Assembly: GCA_963814855.1 (NCBI GenBank)
Contig: CAWFEL010000003.1
Span: 13,619-77,618, forward strand
DNA: 64,000 nt
Direction: 5' to 3'
DNA from: an uncultured Acidobacteriota bacterium
GTDB lineage: Bacteria; Acidobacteriota; Terriglobia; Acidiferrales; UBA7541
Position numbers and translations under genes: made by a program. Below are positions 27,062-37,656 of the stretch, piece by piece (position 1 is the stretch's first letter; the number at the start of each line of letters is the position of its first letter). The notes under the pieces were generated by a model that had not been told where the DNA came from, ran no database searches, and saw only the letters and a program-made list of their open reading frames with translations.

Positions 27062-27880
27062 GATCCGCGCCTGCTTCCTGCCATCGTCACTTCGGCTCCG
27101 GACGGATTGCGCGAATCAGGCGTCATGATCGGGCGATTTTCCTTGGCAAGGCAAAAGGAATGGACGTTGCCTCCGCGATTCTCATCGTACTGAACGACAC
27201 GAACTCCCTGCTTGGCGCACCATCCCTCGACCATAGCACGCGACAAGAAGGCCACGCGCGGAGTTACAAAATAATCGAAAAAAAGATTGCGAGCGCCGGC
27301 CCAGGTTCGCCGACCCTTCGCCCGGATAAAATGAAACAGGAAGTAGGGCGCCTGGGCAAAAAGGACGACGAGAGGCTCGGCCCACCGGCGGCGCATCCCG
27401 CTCCGGATGACCGCGCCGGGATATTTATAAAGCCACGGGTAGCGCCCGTACGGTTTGTAAACCGCCAGATACATCTGACCCGCCGGTTTCAAAATGCGGC
27501 AGTTTTCGGCGAACGCAGCCGCAGGATCATCGGTGTGATGGATCACACCGTCGGAAATCACCACGTCAGCCGTTCCGTCCGCGAAAGGAAGTTGCAAGTT
27601 GTCGCCAACGACCCCCGGCCTGTGATAGCGCTCAACGATCATACCCACTGAGACGCGGCTGCGATCGAGACCGATACAGCGAATCGCTCGCCGGGCTAGC
27701 ACACCGAGCACTCGACCGGCGCCGCAGCCGATATCAAGAACCAGCGAATTCAGGATCCAAGCTCTGAATCAATTCCGCCAACGGCGGCGAGACGAACGCA
27801 TCGTTCGCCTCCGAACCGCCGGGAGGAACCCAATCGAACGGATGCTGATCATAGAATGTGACAGGCTCACTGGACTGCAT
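27058..27880 (-). pseudogene. Class I SAM-dependent methyltransferase, frameshifted as assembled
   Basis: The N-terminal piece starts at ATG 27880 (MQSSEPVTFYDQHPFDWVPPGG...LIQSLDPE). The track ORF 27058..27711 frame then carries SLVLDIGCGAGRVLGVLARR...ADVVISDGVIHH. The step near 27747-27750 looks like one extra T. Confidence 0.75.
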
Positions 27881-29066
27881 GGGTTTTCGCCAGTACGTCG
27901 TCGTAATAGCCTTCCATTTGTTCGGTCAGGTGGTTCCAACTTAATTGATCGGAGACTCCCCGGCACCCTTCCTTAAAGCGAGCATACAGAGCCCTGTCGT
28001 GAATCAGAGAGCGAAGCGCCGCGGCCAGTGCCTCCTTTTCAGGAGCGATCACCAGTCCGGCGCGGCCTTCGACGAGCGAACGAATGCCGCACGCGTTTGT
28101 GATGATGACGGGAACGCCGCAGGCCATCGCTTCCGCCGGCGCATTCGCGAAATTCTCATATCGCGAAGGGAGCACGAAAAGATCCGCGTCGGCCAGCAGG
28201 GCTTTTTTTTCGTCGTCGTACACGGGGCCCGTGAATATGACGCGCGCCGCGACGCCCGAGTCTTGCGCGCATTTTTCCAGATACGCACGGTATCCCGGTT
28301 CTCCCTCCGGCCCGGCGATCACCAGACGGCCGGATTCCGGGCAAACCTCCGCAAAAGCCTCGATGAGGATGTCCGCGCCCTTGCGGGGAATCAGCCGGCT
28401 GAGAAACAAAATCAGCGGCTCTTCAGGGGGGATATTCCACTTCGCGCGAAACGTGCCGCGCCCAGGAAGCGACGGATGCATGGCGGCGTCAATACCGTTG
28501 TACCGAATTACGACCTTGTCTGGCGGGACGCCATCGGCCAGCAACTCATCCTGCTCCATCTCGGACGTGGCGATGATTCGCGAGGAATTCCGCCAGAACT
28601 CTGTGCCCAGGACGCGGTGCCAGACCTGTTTCAATCGAAAAGCGCGATCGATCGGACGATACATTCCCATCGGCTCGATGACGTAGGGAACCCCTTGACG
28701 CCTGCAAGATGAACTGACCGCCGGTCCCAGCAAATCGTACAGACCGTAAGAATGGACGAGGTCGAAACCCATGAGGGAGGCCCGACAGAATCCTATCACA
28801 CGGGGATTAATCGTAAGAGCCCGATAATGGCCGAGCGTGGAGAGATAAATTGCTTCGACGCCGTCCTGTTCCGATCGCCAGCCCCATTTGCAGCGTTCGA
28901 AATTCATGCCGAGTCCGCTATGCGTGGCAAGCCCAAGGTCCGCGGTCAAGACTGTTACCTGGTGGCCGCGCTGGACGAGCCCGCTCGCGAGGGCACGCAC
29001 CTTGACCACGGGTCCGCCCTTTTCCTGAAACGGATAGTAGGCTTGCACAACTTTCAGGATGCGCAC
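27867..29066 (-). CDS. GT4-family glycosyltransferase
   Basis: VRILKVVQAYYPFQEKGGPVVKVRALASGLVQRGHQVTVLT. The C-terminal part carries LFVLPSRYENFANAPAEAMACGVPVI. GTG 29066 is preferred; the track start is 29096. Confidence 0.8.
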   Translation of the reverse strand: MRILKVVQAYYPFQEKGGPVVKVRALASGLVQRGHQVTVLTADLGLATHSGLGMNFERCKWGWRSEQDGVEAIYLSTLGHYRALTINPRVIGFCRASLMGFDLVHSYGLYDLLGPAVSSSCRRQGVPYVIEPMGMYRPIDRAFRLKQVWHRVLGTEFWRNSSRIIATSEMEQDELLADGVPPDKVVIRYNGIDAAMHPSLPGRGTFRAKWNIPPEEPLILFLSRLIPRKGADILIEAFAEVCPESGRLVIAGPEGEPGYRAYLEKCAQDSGVAARVIFTGPVYDDEKKALLADADLFVLPSRYENFANAPAEAMACGVPVIITNACGIRSLVEGRAGLVIAPEKEALAAALRSLIHDRALYARFKEGCRGVSDQLSWNHLTEQMEGYYDDVLAKTHAVQ

Positions 29067-29797
29067 TGTGAGGCCATTTTCACACCACGAAACCAAACCT
29101 CATAGGCCAGCCATGGCAGCCGATTAACTGCCCACTGATCCCACCTGCAAACGGATGAACTAATGCTGGGCGGAGGAAATTGGAATCTCCCGAAAGTAAG
29201 AGGAACGGTGGCGATAATCCCATCGCCAGCCATGCCATCCACTTGCAGTCCTCCCTCGCGAAGTTGCCGGCGAAAGGATCGAGGGAGCTGGAAATTCTGG
29301 ACGAAACCTTTTTTCCGGGAGTTCCACAACCGAACGGGGAAGGAGAAGGGGGACAATGCGTTGTTAATGCTGCAAAGCAAGCTGCCTCCGGGACGAAGGA
29401 CCCGCAACAATTCCCGGACTGCGAGTTGGTTCTGAGCGATGTGCATCAAGACGCCGGTGCAGAGAACCTTGTCGAATTCGCCGTTCCTGAACGGCAGCCT
29501 GCGGGCGTCTACGAGCAGCGTCCGAGCAGCGCGCTCGGGATAGGCCGCGCGCAAGCGGCCGACCATTTCCGCCGAGAGGTCCACACCCGTCCACTCGATA
29601 TTGGCGGCGTCCCACAAGGCTTGGGATATCCAGCCATAGCCGCAGCCGACTTCAAGGACACGGTCGCTATCGTCGGGCGTTAGGAGCTCGACGACCAGCC
29701 GCCGGTCCCGTTCAGATTTGTATCGGCGATAGGGATTTCCGGACTCGCGCCATCCCTGCCAAAACTCCGGAGTCCATTCGAAGTGGGTGTGGTCCAT
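29054..29797 (-). CDS. Class I SAM-dependent methyltransferase
   Basis: Starts at ATG 29797 (MDHTHFEW...). Contains VLEVGCGYGWISQAL, FDKVLCTGVLMH and LRPGGSLL. Confidence 0.75.
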   Translation of the reverse strand: MDHTHFEWTPEFWQGWRESGNPYRRYKSERDRRLVVELLTPDDSDRVLEVGCGYGWISQALWDAANIEWTGVDLSAEMVGRLRAAYPERAARTLLVDARRLPFRNGEFDKVLCTGVLMHIAQNQLAVRELLRVLRPGGSLLCSINNALSPFSFPVRLWNSRKKGFVQNFQLPRSFRRQLREGGLQVDGMAGDGIIATVPLTFGRFQFPPPSISSSVCRWDQWAVNRLPWLAYEVWFRGVKMASQCAS

Positions 29798-29927
29798 GGC
29801 GCGCGATCGTTTCGGGCGGAAAACAGAAGTGCAGTGTAGTACGCCGGATTGCATGCAGCGAGATTTCCGCGATTTATTTCCGTTCGCTGTCTGACGAAGG
29901 CTCGGCCGTCCCCGCCCATTGAGGACC

Positions 29928-30896
29928 CTACGTCGAGCTTGCCCGGCTTGCACGCTCCGAGCCAGCGAGTTTCTTGCGCCAGAAATCCATCGTGCGGCGA
30001 AGTCCATCCTCCAGGCTCACCCTGGCATCCCAACCCAGCACGGATTTCGCTTTGGTCGCATCACCGTACAGCACTTGAATATCAAGCGGCCGGCGCGGAA
30101 TTGTATTCCACACGATTTGGCCACGGAATCCGGTCATGTCGCGGAGTTTCTCGGCAAGCGAGAGCACGGTCATCTTTTCTCCCGTGCAAAAATTGAATGC
30201 TTGTCCGATGCTCGCTTCGGGTTTGCCCAGGCACGCCAGATAGGCGTCCACATGGTCATCAATGTAAAGCAAATCGCGCTCCGGCGTCGGATCTCCGAGC
30301 CTTACATCGCCGCCATGCAGCATTTGCACGAGCATGCGCTCGACAAGAAAATGAGTGTTGTCACGCCTGCCGTACGTGTTGAACGGGCGCAGGACCGTAA
30401 CCGGAAACTTGTAGGCGTCCCACATGTAGAGCACATATTTTTCCGCCGCGTGTTTGCTCACGGAATACGGGCTGTTCGGCGCCTGCGGCGTATCTTCCCG
30501 CTTGGGCAATGGTCCGTTGCCAAACGTTTCCGAGGTTGAAGCAAACAAGAAGTGCTTGAGGTGCGGAACCTCCCGCAAGCAGGATTCGGCAAGATTTATA
30601 GTGCCGCTTAGATTCGCATCCATTACCTCGTTTGGATGATCGTAGCTGTAGGAAACGGGGCTGATCGAGGCCAGGTGAATTACGACTTCGGGCTGCACTT
30701 CCCGCACGGCGCACCGGACGGCAAACTGGTCGCGCAGGTCACAAAAAACGACTTTCACGCCGCGATCGGCTCCCAGAACATAGCGTCCCGTGACATACCT
30801 CTGTAGAGAGTAAAGATCGTGGCCCTTTATTGCCGAAAGACGCTCAAGGAGGCGGCCGCCAACAAATCCAGTCGCTCCGGTCACCAGAACTCGCAT
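29928..30896 (-). CDS. Extended-SDR NAD-dependent epimerase/dehydratase
   Basis: MRVLVTGATGFVGGRLL; STSETFG; YSVSK (YxxxK). Confidence 0.75.
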   Translation of the reverse strand: MRVLVTGATGFVGGRLLERLSAIKGHDLYSLQRYVTGRYVLGADRGVKVVFCDLRDQFAVRCAVREVQPEVVIHLASISPVSYSYDHPNEVMDANLSGTINLAESCLREVPHLKHFLFASTSETFGNGPLPKREDTPQAPNSPYSVSKHAAEKYVLYMWDAYKFPVTVLRPFNTYGRRDNTHFLVERMLVQMLHGGDVRLGDPTPERDLLYIDDHVDAYLACLGKPEASIGQAFNFCTGEKMTVLSLAEKLRDMTGFRGQIVWNTIPRRPLDIQVLYGDATKAKSVLGWDARVSLEDGLRRTMDFWRKKLAGSERASRASST

Positions 30897-30928
30897 GCCT
30901 GTTGATTCCTCCGTTTAATATCGGGCGA

Positions 30929-32125
30929 CTACAAAGCCAGCGCCTCGCGCATCCGTTCGCAGAATCTTTGAAAGCTGAACTCCCGCGCCACCCATTCCTG
31001 AGCCGCCGCTCCCATCCGGCGCGCCCGCGCCGGATCGTGCAGCAATTCGAAAAGCGCGTCCGCGACCTCAACCGGATTCGACGGATCTACAAGCAGCCCG
31101 TGCACGCCCGAGCCTATAAACTCGGCCGGCGCCCCCATGCGCGGACCCACCACGGGTTTGCCGCGCGCCATGGCCTCCAGGAAAACGATGCCAAAGCCCT
31201 CGCCCCGCGGCACCGGACCATCCAGCTCCGTTCGCGCGGGCATTGCAAATACGCAGCAACGATCATAGCAAACAGCAAGCTCCTCGGGGGAAACTGAGCC
31301 CGCGAAATGCAGCGAGCCGGCGATGCCCAGTTCGTGCGCCCGCAACTCGAGCCGTTGACGGTCGTCGCCGTCGCCCACAATCCAGTATTTGGCATCCGGC
31401 ACGCGGCGCAACACCGACGGCCATGCTTCGAGCATGACGTCGTGTCCCTTATATTTCTCGGAAGACGCGATGCGCCCGACGGTAAGAACGATGGGCGGTC
31501 GCGATTCCTCCGAACCGTTCTCGTGTGTCTTCGGTGGTGAAAGAAGTTGCTTTGGCAGCGTGGGAGGGAGGATTACCGATGGAGTCTCACCAAGCGCATG
31601 GCGCTTGATCGTGGCCTCGAGGGTAAAACGGGTGATTGCCACAAGGCGCGCCGCCGCCCGGAGCGCGGCGCTTTTCGCGGTTGTCAATTCGCCCCAGACT
31701 TCGATCCCATACAAAACCACCCAGTACGGAATCCCGGTTAATCTCTTGATGAGGCGGCCGGCCGGCGCCACTCCGATGTGCGCGCAAATTATCAGGTCGG
31801 GACGCCACAAGATTGCAGATGCAACGGCGGAAACGAGAAAGCGGGCTTTCGATGATTTCCGCAGGGCCGGGGGGCCGTTGGGTCGCGACGCGGCCTCATC
31901 GGGCACCTCGACGACCTTCACGCGATCGTCACCCGAGACTTCGCGAAGTGCATCTAGAAACGTGCCCGAGTAGTTCTGCACGCCTCCTATGCCCTTCAGA
32001 GAAGGCGCGAGAACCAGAACCTTACGGCCTCTCCGAAGGGTCTCCGTCATATTTGTGAGTTTAGGTTGTGCACGATCTGCCGGAGCTCCGTCAGTTCTTG
32101 TAAGTTCAGCGAGTCGCGCTCCCAC
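30929..32125 (-). CDS. GT4-family glycosyltransferase
   Basis: KVLVLAPSLKGIGGVQNY; the C-terminal part carries GEGFGIVFLEAMARGKPVVG. An alternative start is ATG 32050. Confidence 0.8.
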   Translation of the reverse strand: MGARLAELTRTDGAPADRAQPKLTNMTETLRRGRKVLVLAPSLKGIGGVQNYSGTFLDALREVSGDDRVKVVEVPDEAASRPNGPPALRKSSKARFLVSAVASAILWRPDLIICAHIGVAPAGRLIKRLTGIPYWVVLYGIEVWGELTTAKSAALRAAARLVAITRFTLEATIKRHALGETPSVILPPTLPKQLLSPPKTHENGSEESRPPIVLTVGRIASSEKYKGHDVMLEAWPSVLRRVPDAKYWIVGDGDDRQRLELRAHELGIAGSLHFAGSVSPEELAVCYDRCCVFAMPARTELDGPVPRGEGFGIVFLEAMARGKPVVGPRMGAPAEFIGSGVHGLLVDPSNPVEVADALFELLHDPARARRMGAAAQEWVAREFSFQRFCERMREALAL

Positions 32126-33344
32126 GCGTGTCGCCCAGTGGATGCCGCGCCAATTCTAGATTTCGCCGCAGGGCTTCGTCAAATATTGCCGCGAGTTCGC
32201 GGCCGTTGCCTTCCCAAGTGTGTTGCCGCGTTGTTTCCGAAGCCTTCTCTCCGAGCCGGTCTCGGAATCGCGCGTCTTCGTAAAGGCGAGAGATCAGCGC
32301 GGCGAGCCCGACCGAATCCCTCGGGTCATTGAGTATGAGGCCGTCAATACCATTGGAGATGATTTCGGAAACCCCGGCAGTTGCGGAGACGATAACCGGC
32401 AAGCCACAAGCCATCGCCTCGGCCGGCGGCATTGCGTAGGAGTCCTGCAAAGATGGACCGGCATAGGCATCCGCCGCGGCGTAATAGAACTCGATATCTT
32501 TGCGGGGCGGGAGGAAGCAGACCCGATTCTCCAAGTGTTTCTCTTTGACGAGCGCCCGACAAGCGGATGAATCTTCCCGACTGACGACAAGCAACTGGAT
32601 CGGCAGTTCGCGCAACTGCTCGAGGGCCTCGAGAAGAACGGGAACTCCCTTATTGCGCCAGTCGTTGCCAACCAGGATCAGTGCGAATTGATCATCGGCC
32701 AGTTCAAGCAGCCTGCGCGCGTCGCGGCGGAGCGCCGCGCGCCGCGCAACATTGAATACGGAATGATCCACACCGAGATACACGACGGGAATCCGGTCGC
32801 GCCTTTCAAAACATTGCCGGAGTTCGCCGAGGGTCTTTTCAGAATGGACGACAAGCGTGGTGGCAGGATTCATGTAGCAGCGGCGTTCCACCCAGGTCAC
32901 GACGTGATAGTAAAGCCGGCGGTGAATGAGCCGCGGCCAGTGCCACACTGGAGTTCGCGAAAATCGCATTTCCGGTCCGACTTGCAGGACGTACCGCGCA
33001 AAAACGATGTGCACGCAGATCACATCCGCGCCGGAATAATTCGCGCCGGAGCTGAAGACAAGGTCGTGCCTCAGGCCCCCGAGGCGGCGGTCCCTTGCAA
33101 TCCCGAAGCGAACGGCGGCCAGCCACCACAGGAAATTAAGGAGGTGCGGGCCGCGCAATTTCGAGATGCGATGCCATACGATCTTCGACCGATCCAGGTC
33201 TTCAATATCCTGGGCATAAACGTGAATTTCGAATTCATCGGGGAGATGGGACAGCCATTCGACGATGACGCGCTCGCTGCCATGACGCTTGTCGAGAAAC
33301 GGCGAGATCACGGCGAGCCGGGGTCTTTGCTTCGCATCGTTCAT
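32106..33344 (-). CDS. GT4-family glycosyltransferase
   Basis: RLAVISPFLDKRHGSERVIVEW; the C-terminal part carries DSYAMPPAEAMACGLPVIVS. Confidence 0.8.
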   Translation of the reverse strand: MNDAKQRPRLAVISPFLDKRHGSERVIVEWLSHLPDEFEIHVYAQDIEDLDRSKIVWHRISKLRGPHLLNFLWWLAAVRFGIARDRRLGGLRHDLVFSSGANYSGADVICVHIVFARYVLQVGPEMRFSRTPVWHWPRLIHRRLYYHVVTWVERRCYMNPATTLVVHSEKTLGELRQCFERRDRIPVVYLGVDHSVFNVARRAALRRDARRLLELADDQFALILVGNDWRNKGVPVLLEALEQLRELPIQLLVVSREDSSACRALVKEKHLENRVCFLPPRKDIEFYYAAADAYAGPSLQDSYAMPPAEAMACGLPVIVSATAGVSEIISNGIDGLILNDPRDSVGLAALISRLYEDARFRDRLGEKASETTRQHTWEGNGRELAAIFDEALRRNLELARHPLGDTRGSATR

Positions 33345-33462
33345 GGTTTAGGCCCAACGCCGGATGTTTCGCCCACCTGCCGCACACGGTCGAAGCACCT
33401 GATTCGCAAATTTTCTGACTGAGCCGAAGGAATCAAAACTCGGAGGTGCCTTCTCCACATCC

Positions 33463-35043
33463 TCAGAAATCTGGGCCACTACGACGTGGCGCGATGGCGG
33501 GGACCACGGCAGGGAGCGGTGGATTCGCCAAAAGATCCGGCAGTCGGAAAAGAATGCCGGTCAGAAGCCAGAAATAGACATTGGAAGTATAGTTTTGATA
33601 GGCATCAAGCCCCTCGTAGGTCAAAGGCACAAGTAAGAAAAACGAATACCAGCAGATCGCGAAAGCGATTGGATACAACCGCGTCCTTTTTAGCGATCGA
33701 ACTACCTTCCCCGAATGATACAGCACCGCCGCCGACCACAGAAACCAAAGAAAGGGCGCAATAAGCCCCATTTCCACGATTAAATTCCCATAGCCCTGCT
33801 CAACCCAAATGCCGGGTGGACGTTGTCCGAGGAGTTTGGCGACATATTGAGTTCCGAGTGAAGCCGTGCCGATGCCGTTGCCCAAGGCCCAATTGGGACC
33901 ATCAAAGGCGGACAGGAAATTCCCGATCGGATAGTCCCAACTTCGACTCGCCCCTTCAAATGCCGAGCTGTTGGGGGAAAGCGTCTCGGCGTAATAGGAT
34001 AGACGCGATCCAGCCTCATCGGGAAACAACATCAACAATGCGGCCAAGCCGAGGGCCAGCACGATGAACGAGCGACGAATCACTCTTACGAGTCGATGGC
34101 CCTGCCCCCACTGCCACGGCGCGCCCCACAAAAACCCCGCGCAAAGGACGAGCACGCTCACGGCCGAACCTACAAAAGCGCTTCGAGAACCGCTCAGCAA
34201 GGCTGCGATACCCAGTACGCCGATCACAGCAAAGACGAGCTTGCGGTTCCGCGGTGTGTGGAGCAATAGGTAAGAGGCCGTACCGAGCGCAACAATCAGC
34301 ATCATAATTAAGTACAGTGCGAACCGGCCGGAGCTAACAAAGACCGAGTCCGGAAGCGAAAGAACCCTGCCGGTCAGCGGTGTTACCTTGGAAAGGTTCC
34401 CGAGATCCTGCAATTCGGGAGCGAGATGCGCCGGATTCAGGAAGCTGTTGCCAATGATGGCCTGGGCGATCCCAAGTCCCCCGATGACTCCGGCCAGGAC
34501 CGCGTTAAAGACCAGAAACTTCCTTAGGTCCTCATCGCTGCGAATCAGGGCGTACCCGACCCAGAGCAGGGGCACGTAGTAGAAATAGACCTTAAAACCG
34601 AGCAGCCCGTACAGGATGTGTGGCGAGTTCTGATTGAATATTTGCAGGACACCCAGCCAGAAAAAAAGACCCAGGAAGAACAGAAATGGCGGGCGGAATG
34701 TTTTTTCACGGGAGCGACGAATCTCTATGTATAAGGCTGCGTACACGAAGGCCAACAGAACGTCCTTGCCGAAGAAGAGCGCGAGGTTGTTGGCCATGTA
34801 CTTCCGGACAAGGTCCTCAAACAGCATCCAGACGAGGAACATGTAGAAGCCGGTGCGCCACTTACGCAAGGCGGTGACGCACACGGCGCAAGCGGTGAAT
34901 CCGAGCGTGACGTAAATTAGAGAGCGTGTGTCATCTGCCGCGACTTTCTCGCCGACCTGCCACGCAGCCACAATTGCCAAAATGAACAGGCAGAAACCCA
35001 GCCAAGCCTGGCTCCTCATCGCAGGTATACGCGCGGTCAGCAA
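33463..35043 (-). CDS. Wzy_C/O-antigen-ligase-family polytopic membrane protein (candidate polymerase)
   Basis: About 12 TM segments. LLSGSRSAFVGSAV is a Wzy_C-like loop motif. 526 aa. Confidence 0.65.
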   Translation of the reverse strand: MLTARIPAMRSQAWLGFCLFILAIVAAWQVGEKVAADDTRSLIYVTLGFTACAVCVTALRKWRTGFYMFLVWMLFEDLVRKYMANNLALFFGKDVLLAFVYAALYIEIRRSREKTFRPPFLFFLGLFFWLGVLQIFNQNSPHILYGLLGFKVYFYYVPLLWVGYALIRSDEDLRKFLVFNAVLAGVIGGLGIAQAIIGNSFLNPAHLAPELQDLGNLSKVTPLTGRVLSLPDSVFVSSGRFALYLIMMLIVALGTASYLLLHTPRNRKLVFAVIGVLGIAALLSGSRSAFVGSAVSVLVLCAGFLWGAPWQWGQGHRLVRVIRRSFIVLALGLAALLMLFPDEAGSRLSYYAETLSPNSSAFEGASRSWDYPIGNFLSAFDGPNWALGNGIGTASLGTQYVAKLLGQRPPGIWVEQGYGNLIVEMGLIAPFLWFLWSAAVLYHSGKVVRSLKRTRLYPIAFAICWYSFFLLVPLTYEGLDAYQNYTSNVYFWLLTGILFRLPDLLANPPLPAVVPAIAPRRSGPDF

Positions 35044-35152
35044 CTTGCAATCACCTCAGGCCCGTCATCCTTCTACTTCATTGCCGCCAATCGAAACCAA
35101 AGTCATTCTATAACAGCGGCACAACCTGGAAAGGCAGAACTGCCGTAAACGA

Positions 35153-36316
35153 TCAGGAGGACGCGCTATCGAGTCGCGGGGCCACGTTTCTCATCCAGTT
35201 CCTCACGGCGCGCGTCTTATTCTCGGTGAACAGCGAGACGAGCCACGCGAAGCCAAGCGTTGCCACGCCAATCGCAAAGCCGAGGGCCAGATGAGGCGCA
35301 TCGGGGTGCCATCTTTGCGGCGGTGCCAACCAAGCTCTAAGGAAAAGCAGAAGCGGGAAATGCAGCACATACAAACTGTAGGAGAATCCGGCTAAAACGC
35401 GGGCGACCCGTGTATAGACTGCTCCACCGGTTCCAAAGTTCATGTGGAGCACACCGAATAGAAACAGAGCAAATCCGATGCCCACGGCTAAATCGGTCCC
35501 GAGCACTGCGGATTTGCTCGTTCGTACGGCGATGAGACAGGTTGAAAAAATGAGCCACGACAAAACCACGTAGACCATCAGCTGGCGTTGTGACCGGAGC
35601 GGGCACTTAGAATACGCAACAACCAGCACAGTTCCCGCGAGCCAGATAATGAAGCGTGCCAGTATCGCCCATCCTACGAAAGATGCCACGCAAACGGCGA
35701 GAATCGTAAGCGGGATCGCCCAGCGAAGGGATTGCCGCATCCAGGCAATGCCGGCCGCCAGGGCCACGGGGAATAGAACGTAGTACCAGAATTCGTTCGC
35801 CAAGCTCCACAGAGGACCGTTCGATCCGAACGTCGGGACCACAATCGTCTGGAGAAAAAGTACGTTCCCAAGAAATGTCCCGAATCCCATTCGCGTTTGG
35901 ACAATGGCGGAGCCGAAATTTACCACGGGATTTGAATAGACGCCCGTCGAAGCAAAAATGGAGCTGCCGAGCTTGTCCCACAACAATCCGAAAAACAGGC
36001 CTGGAATAAGCACGACGTATAGACGGGATGCGCGGTCAATCGCATAGTCGCGCGCCGACCAGGTTCCGGATGCCTGCCTGCCGAAAATTGCCGAGGATAT
36101 AAGGAACCCGCTCAACACAAAAAAAACGAGCACGGCTTCGTTTCCAAAACCCGTGAAGAAATAAATAATTTTCAAAAGGGGCTCAGGGTGACTTAGCTGC
36201 TGGAAATCCACAAGAAAGAGGCCCCGGAGGTGATTCCACATCACGGCCCACGCCGCCAACCCACGAATCAAATCCAGATGGGCGGAAGCTGCCGGCGTGA
36301 GAGGCGCGCGGCTCAA
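35153..36316 (-). CDS. Acyltransferase family 3 (OafA/WecH-like O-acyltransferase)
   Basis: HLDLIRGLAAWAVMWNHL N-terminal motif, about 10 TM segments, 387 aa. Confidence 0.75.
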   Translation of the reverse strand: MSRAPLTPAASAHLDLIRGLAAWAVMWNHLRGLFLVDFQQLSHPEPLLKIIYFFTGFGNEAVLVFFVLSGFLISSAIFGRQASGTWSARDYAIDRASRLYVVLIPGLFFGLLWDKLGSSIFASTGVYSNPVVNFGSAIVQTRMGFGTFLGNVLFLQTIVVPTFGSNGPLWSLANEFWYYVLFPVALAAGIAWMRQSLRWAIPLTILAVCVASFVGWAILARFIIWLAGTVLVVAYSKCPLRSQRQLMVYVVLSWLIFSTCLIAVRTSKSAVLGTDLAVGIGFALFLFGVLHMNFGTGGAVYTRVARVLAGFSYSLYVLHFPLLLFLRAWLAPPQRWHPDAPHLALGFAIGVATLGFAWLVSLFTENKTRAVRNWMRNVAPRLDSASS

Positions 36317-36331
36317 CGTTGAACGGAGATT

Positions 36332-37542
36332 TCAATTCTCTTCACGCTCGAGAAGATTGGAAAAGGACTCTGCAATTACCTCCCATGAGAAAAACTTCCG
36401 CTGAACGTACATGTTTCGCTCGCGGAGACGTTGTTGCAGATTTGGATCGGTGAGGACTTGGCCAAGAGCCCCGCCTAAGGCTTCGCGATCGCGATATGGC
36501 ACGAATTCAATTCCAGCCTCGGCGAGGGGTGTGCCTTCCGCGCCTCCCGCGTACCCAATGATCGGAACACCACAGGCAATTCCGGCCATCACGCTTCCGC
36601 GCCTCGGAGTGATTTCCCCGCGAACGCACAGCATCGCATCGGACTTGGCGAGCGTCTTGCTCACCTCGTAATCTCCCAGGAGCCCGAGTACCGAGACTTC
36701 GACGGGAACGTCCGCAAAAACGCGCGCGATTTCCTGTCTCGCCTCGTCGGTGCCGCGTCCAAGAAACATCAAATGAATTTTAGAGCCGTTTGCCGCAGCC
36801 GACCGAACTGCATGGGAAATGTCGCCCAGCTCGAGTTCCTGTTTCGGAGGTTCCGTCAGGCAGAAAACTGCGACGGTCCTTGCCGCGCCATCTTGTGTCG
36901 CTGGAGAATTCCGCGAGCTGCCTCCGGAATATTCGCGCCGATCGGAATGAAAGCTGCCTTCGCGCAGTTCTTGGGCAGCCATCCGATTTTCTCGAGCGGA
37001 TCGGCGAATATGGATTTCGTCGCGCCCCGGTACAGTCTCCCAATGACCCAGTCCTGGCATGCCCCGCGAAGACGATCAATCCAGCGAGTGCCTCCCTGTT
37101 GCCGCGTTGGCTCGTGGAAGACAACCGCGACGCGTGCGCCTGCGCGATGAAGGACGGCGAGGACGGCGAGCGCGAGAAACGGAAATCCGCGGCGCGACCA
37201 GATGAGCGCGGTGTATTGAACGATCACCCATTTTCCACGCCAGGCTGCGCTCTCGCGTACGAGCCAGCGCAATCCCCCGATCCAGCCATTCTCCATCCAC
37301 GGCACTCGGGCGAGCTTCAACTCGATTCCCCTCGCGCCTAGTGCTCCGCCCAGAAACGTGCAGTAGTCCTCCACGCCGTCCACTGGCGTGTCCCGCCGCC
37401 CGAGAAGCGCGATCCAGGTTTCCTGCCGCACGGTGGTGTTCTTCGTTGCCGCCATTAGAGAGGGCCCGCGCGGTAACTGAGCGGAACTGCCGGAATCAAG
37501 TGCGCGGCGCTGCGGAGAGAAATGGTGACTCGCCCGTCGCAT
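36332..37542 (-). pseudogene. GT4-family glycosyltransferase, frameshifted as assembled
   Basis: The N-half is in ORF 36856..37542 (…WIALLGRRDTPVDGVEDYCTFLG…). The C-half is in ORF 36332..37060 (…AMLCVRGEITPRRGSVMAGIACGVPIIGYA…). One 1-nt step lies near 36900-36935. A likely start is ATG 37455. Confidence 0.7.
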
Positions 37543-37656
37543 CGCCCCCGTGCCGAGATCAACGGCAACTTAAACATCACGACCTGCGAAGGTCCTCCAC
37601 TCGTTGAGCACACTTTGTCGCTTCCACAATCGGACGAGGAAAGATGCGCTCGGGTC

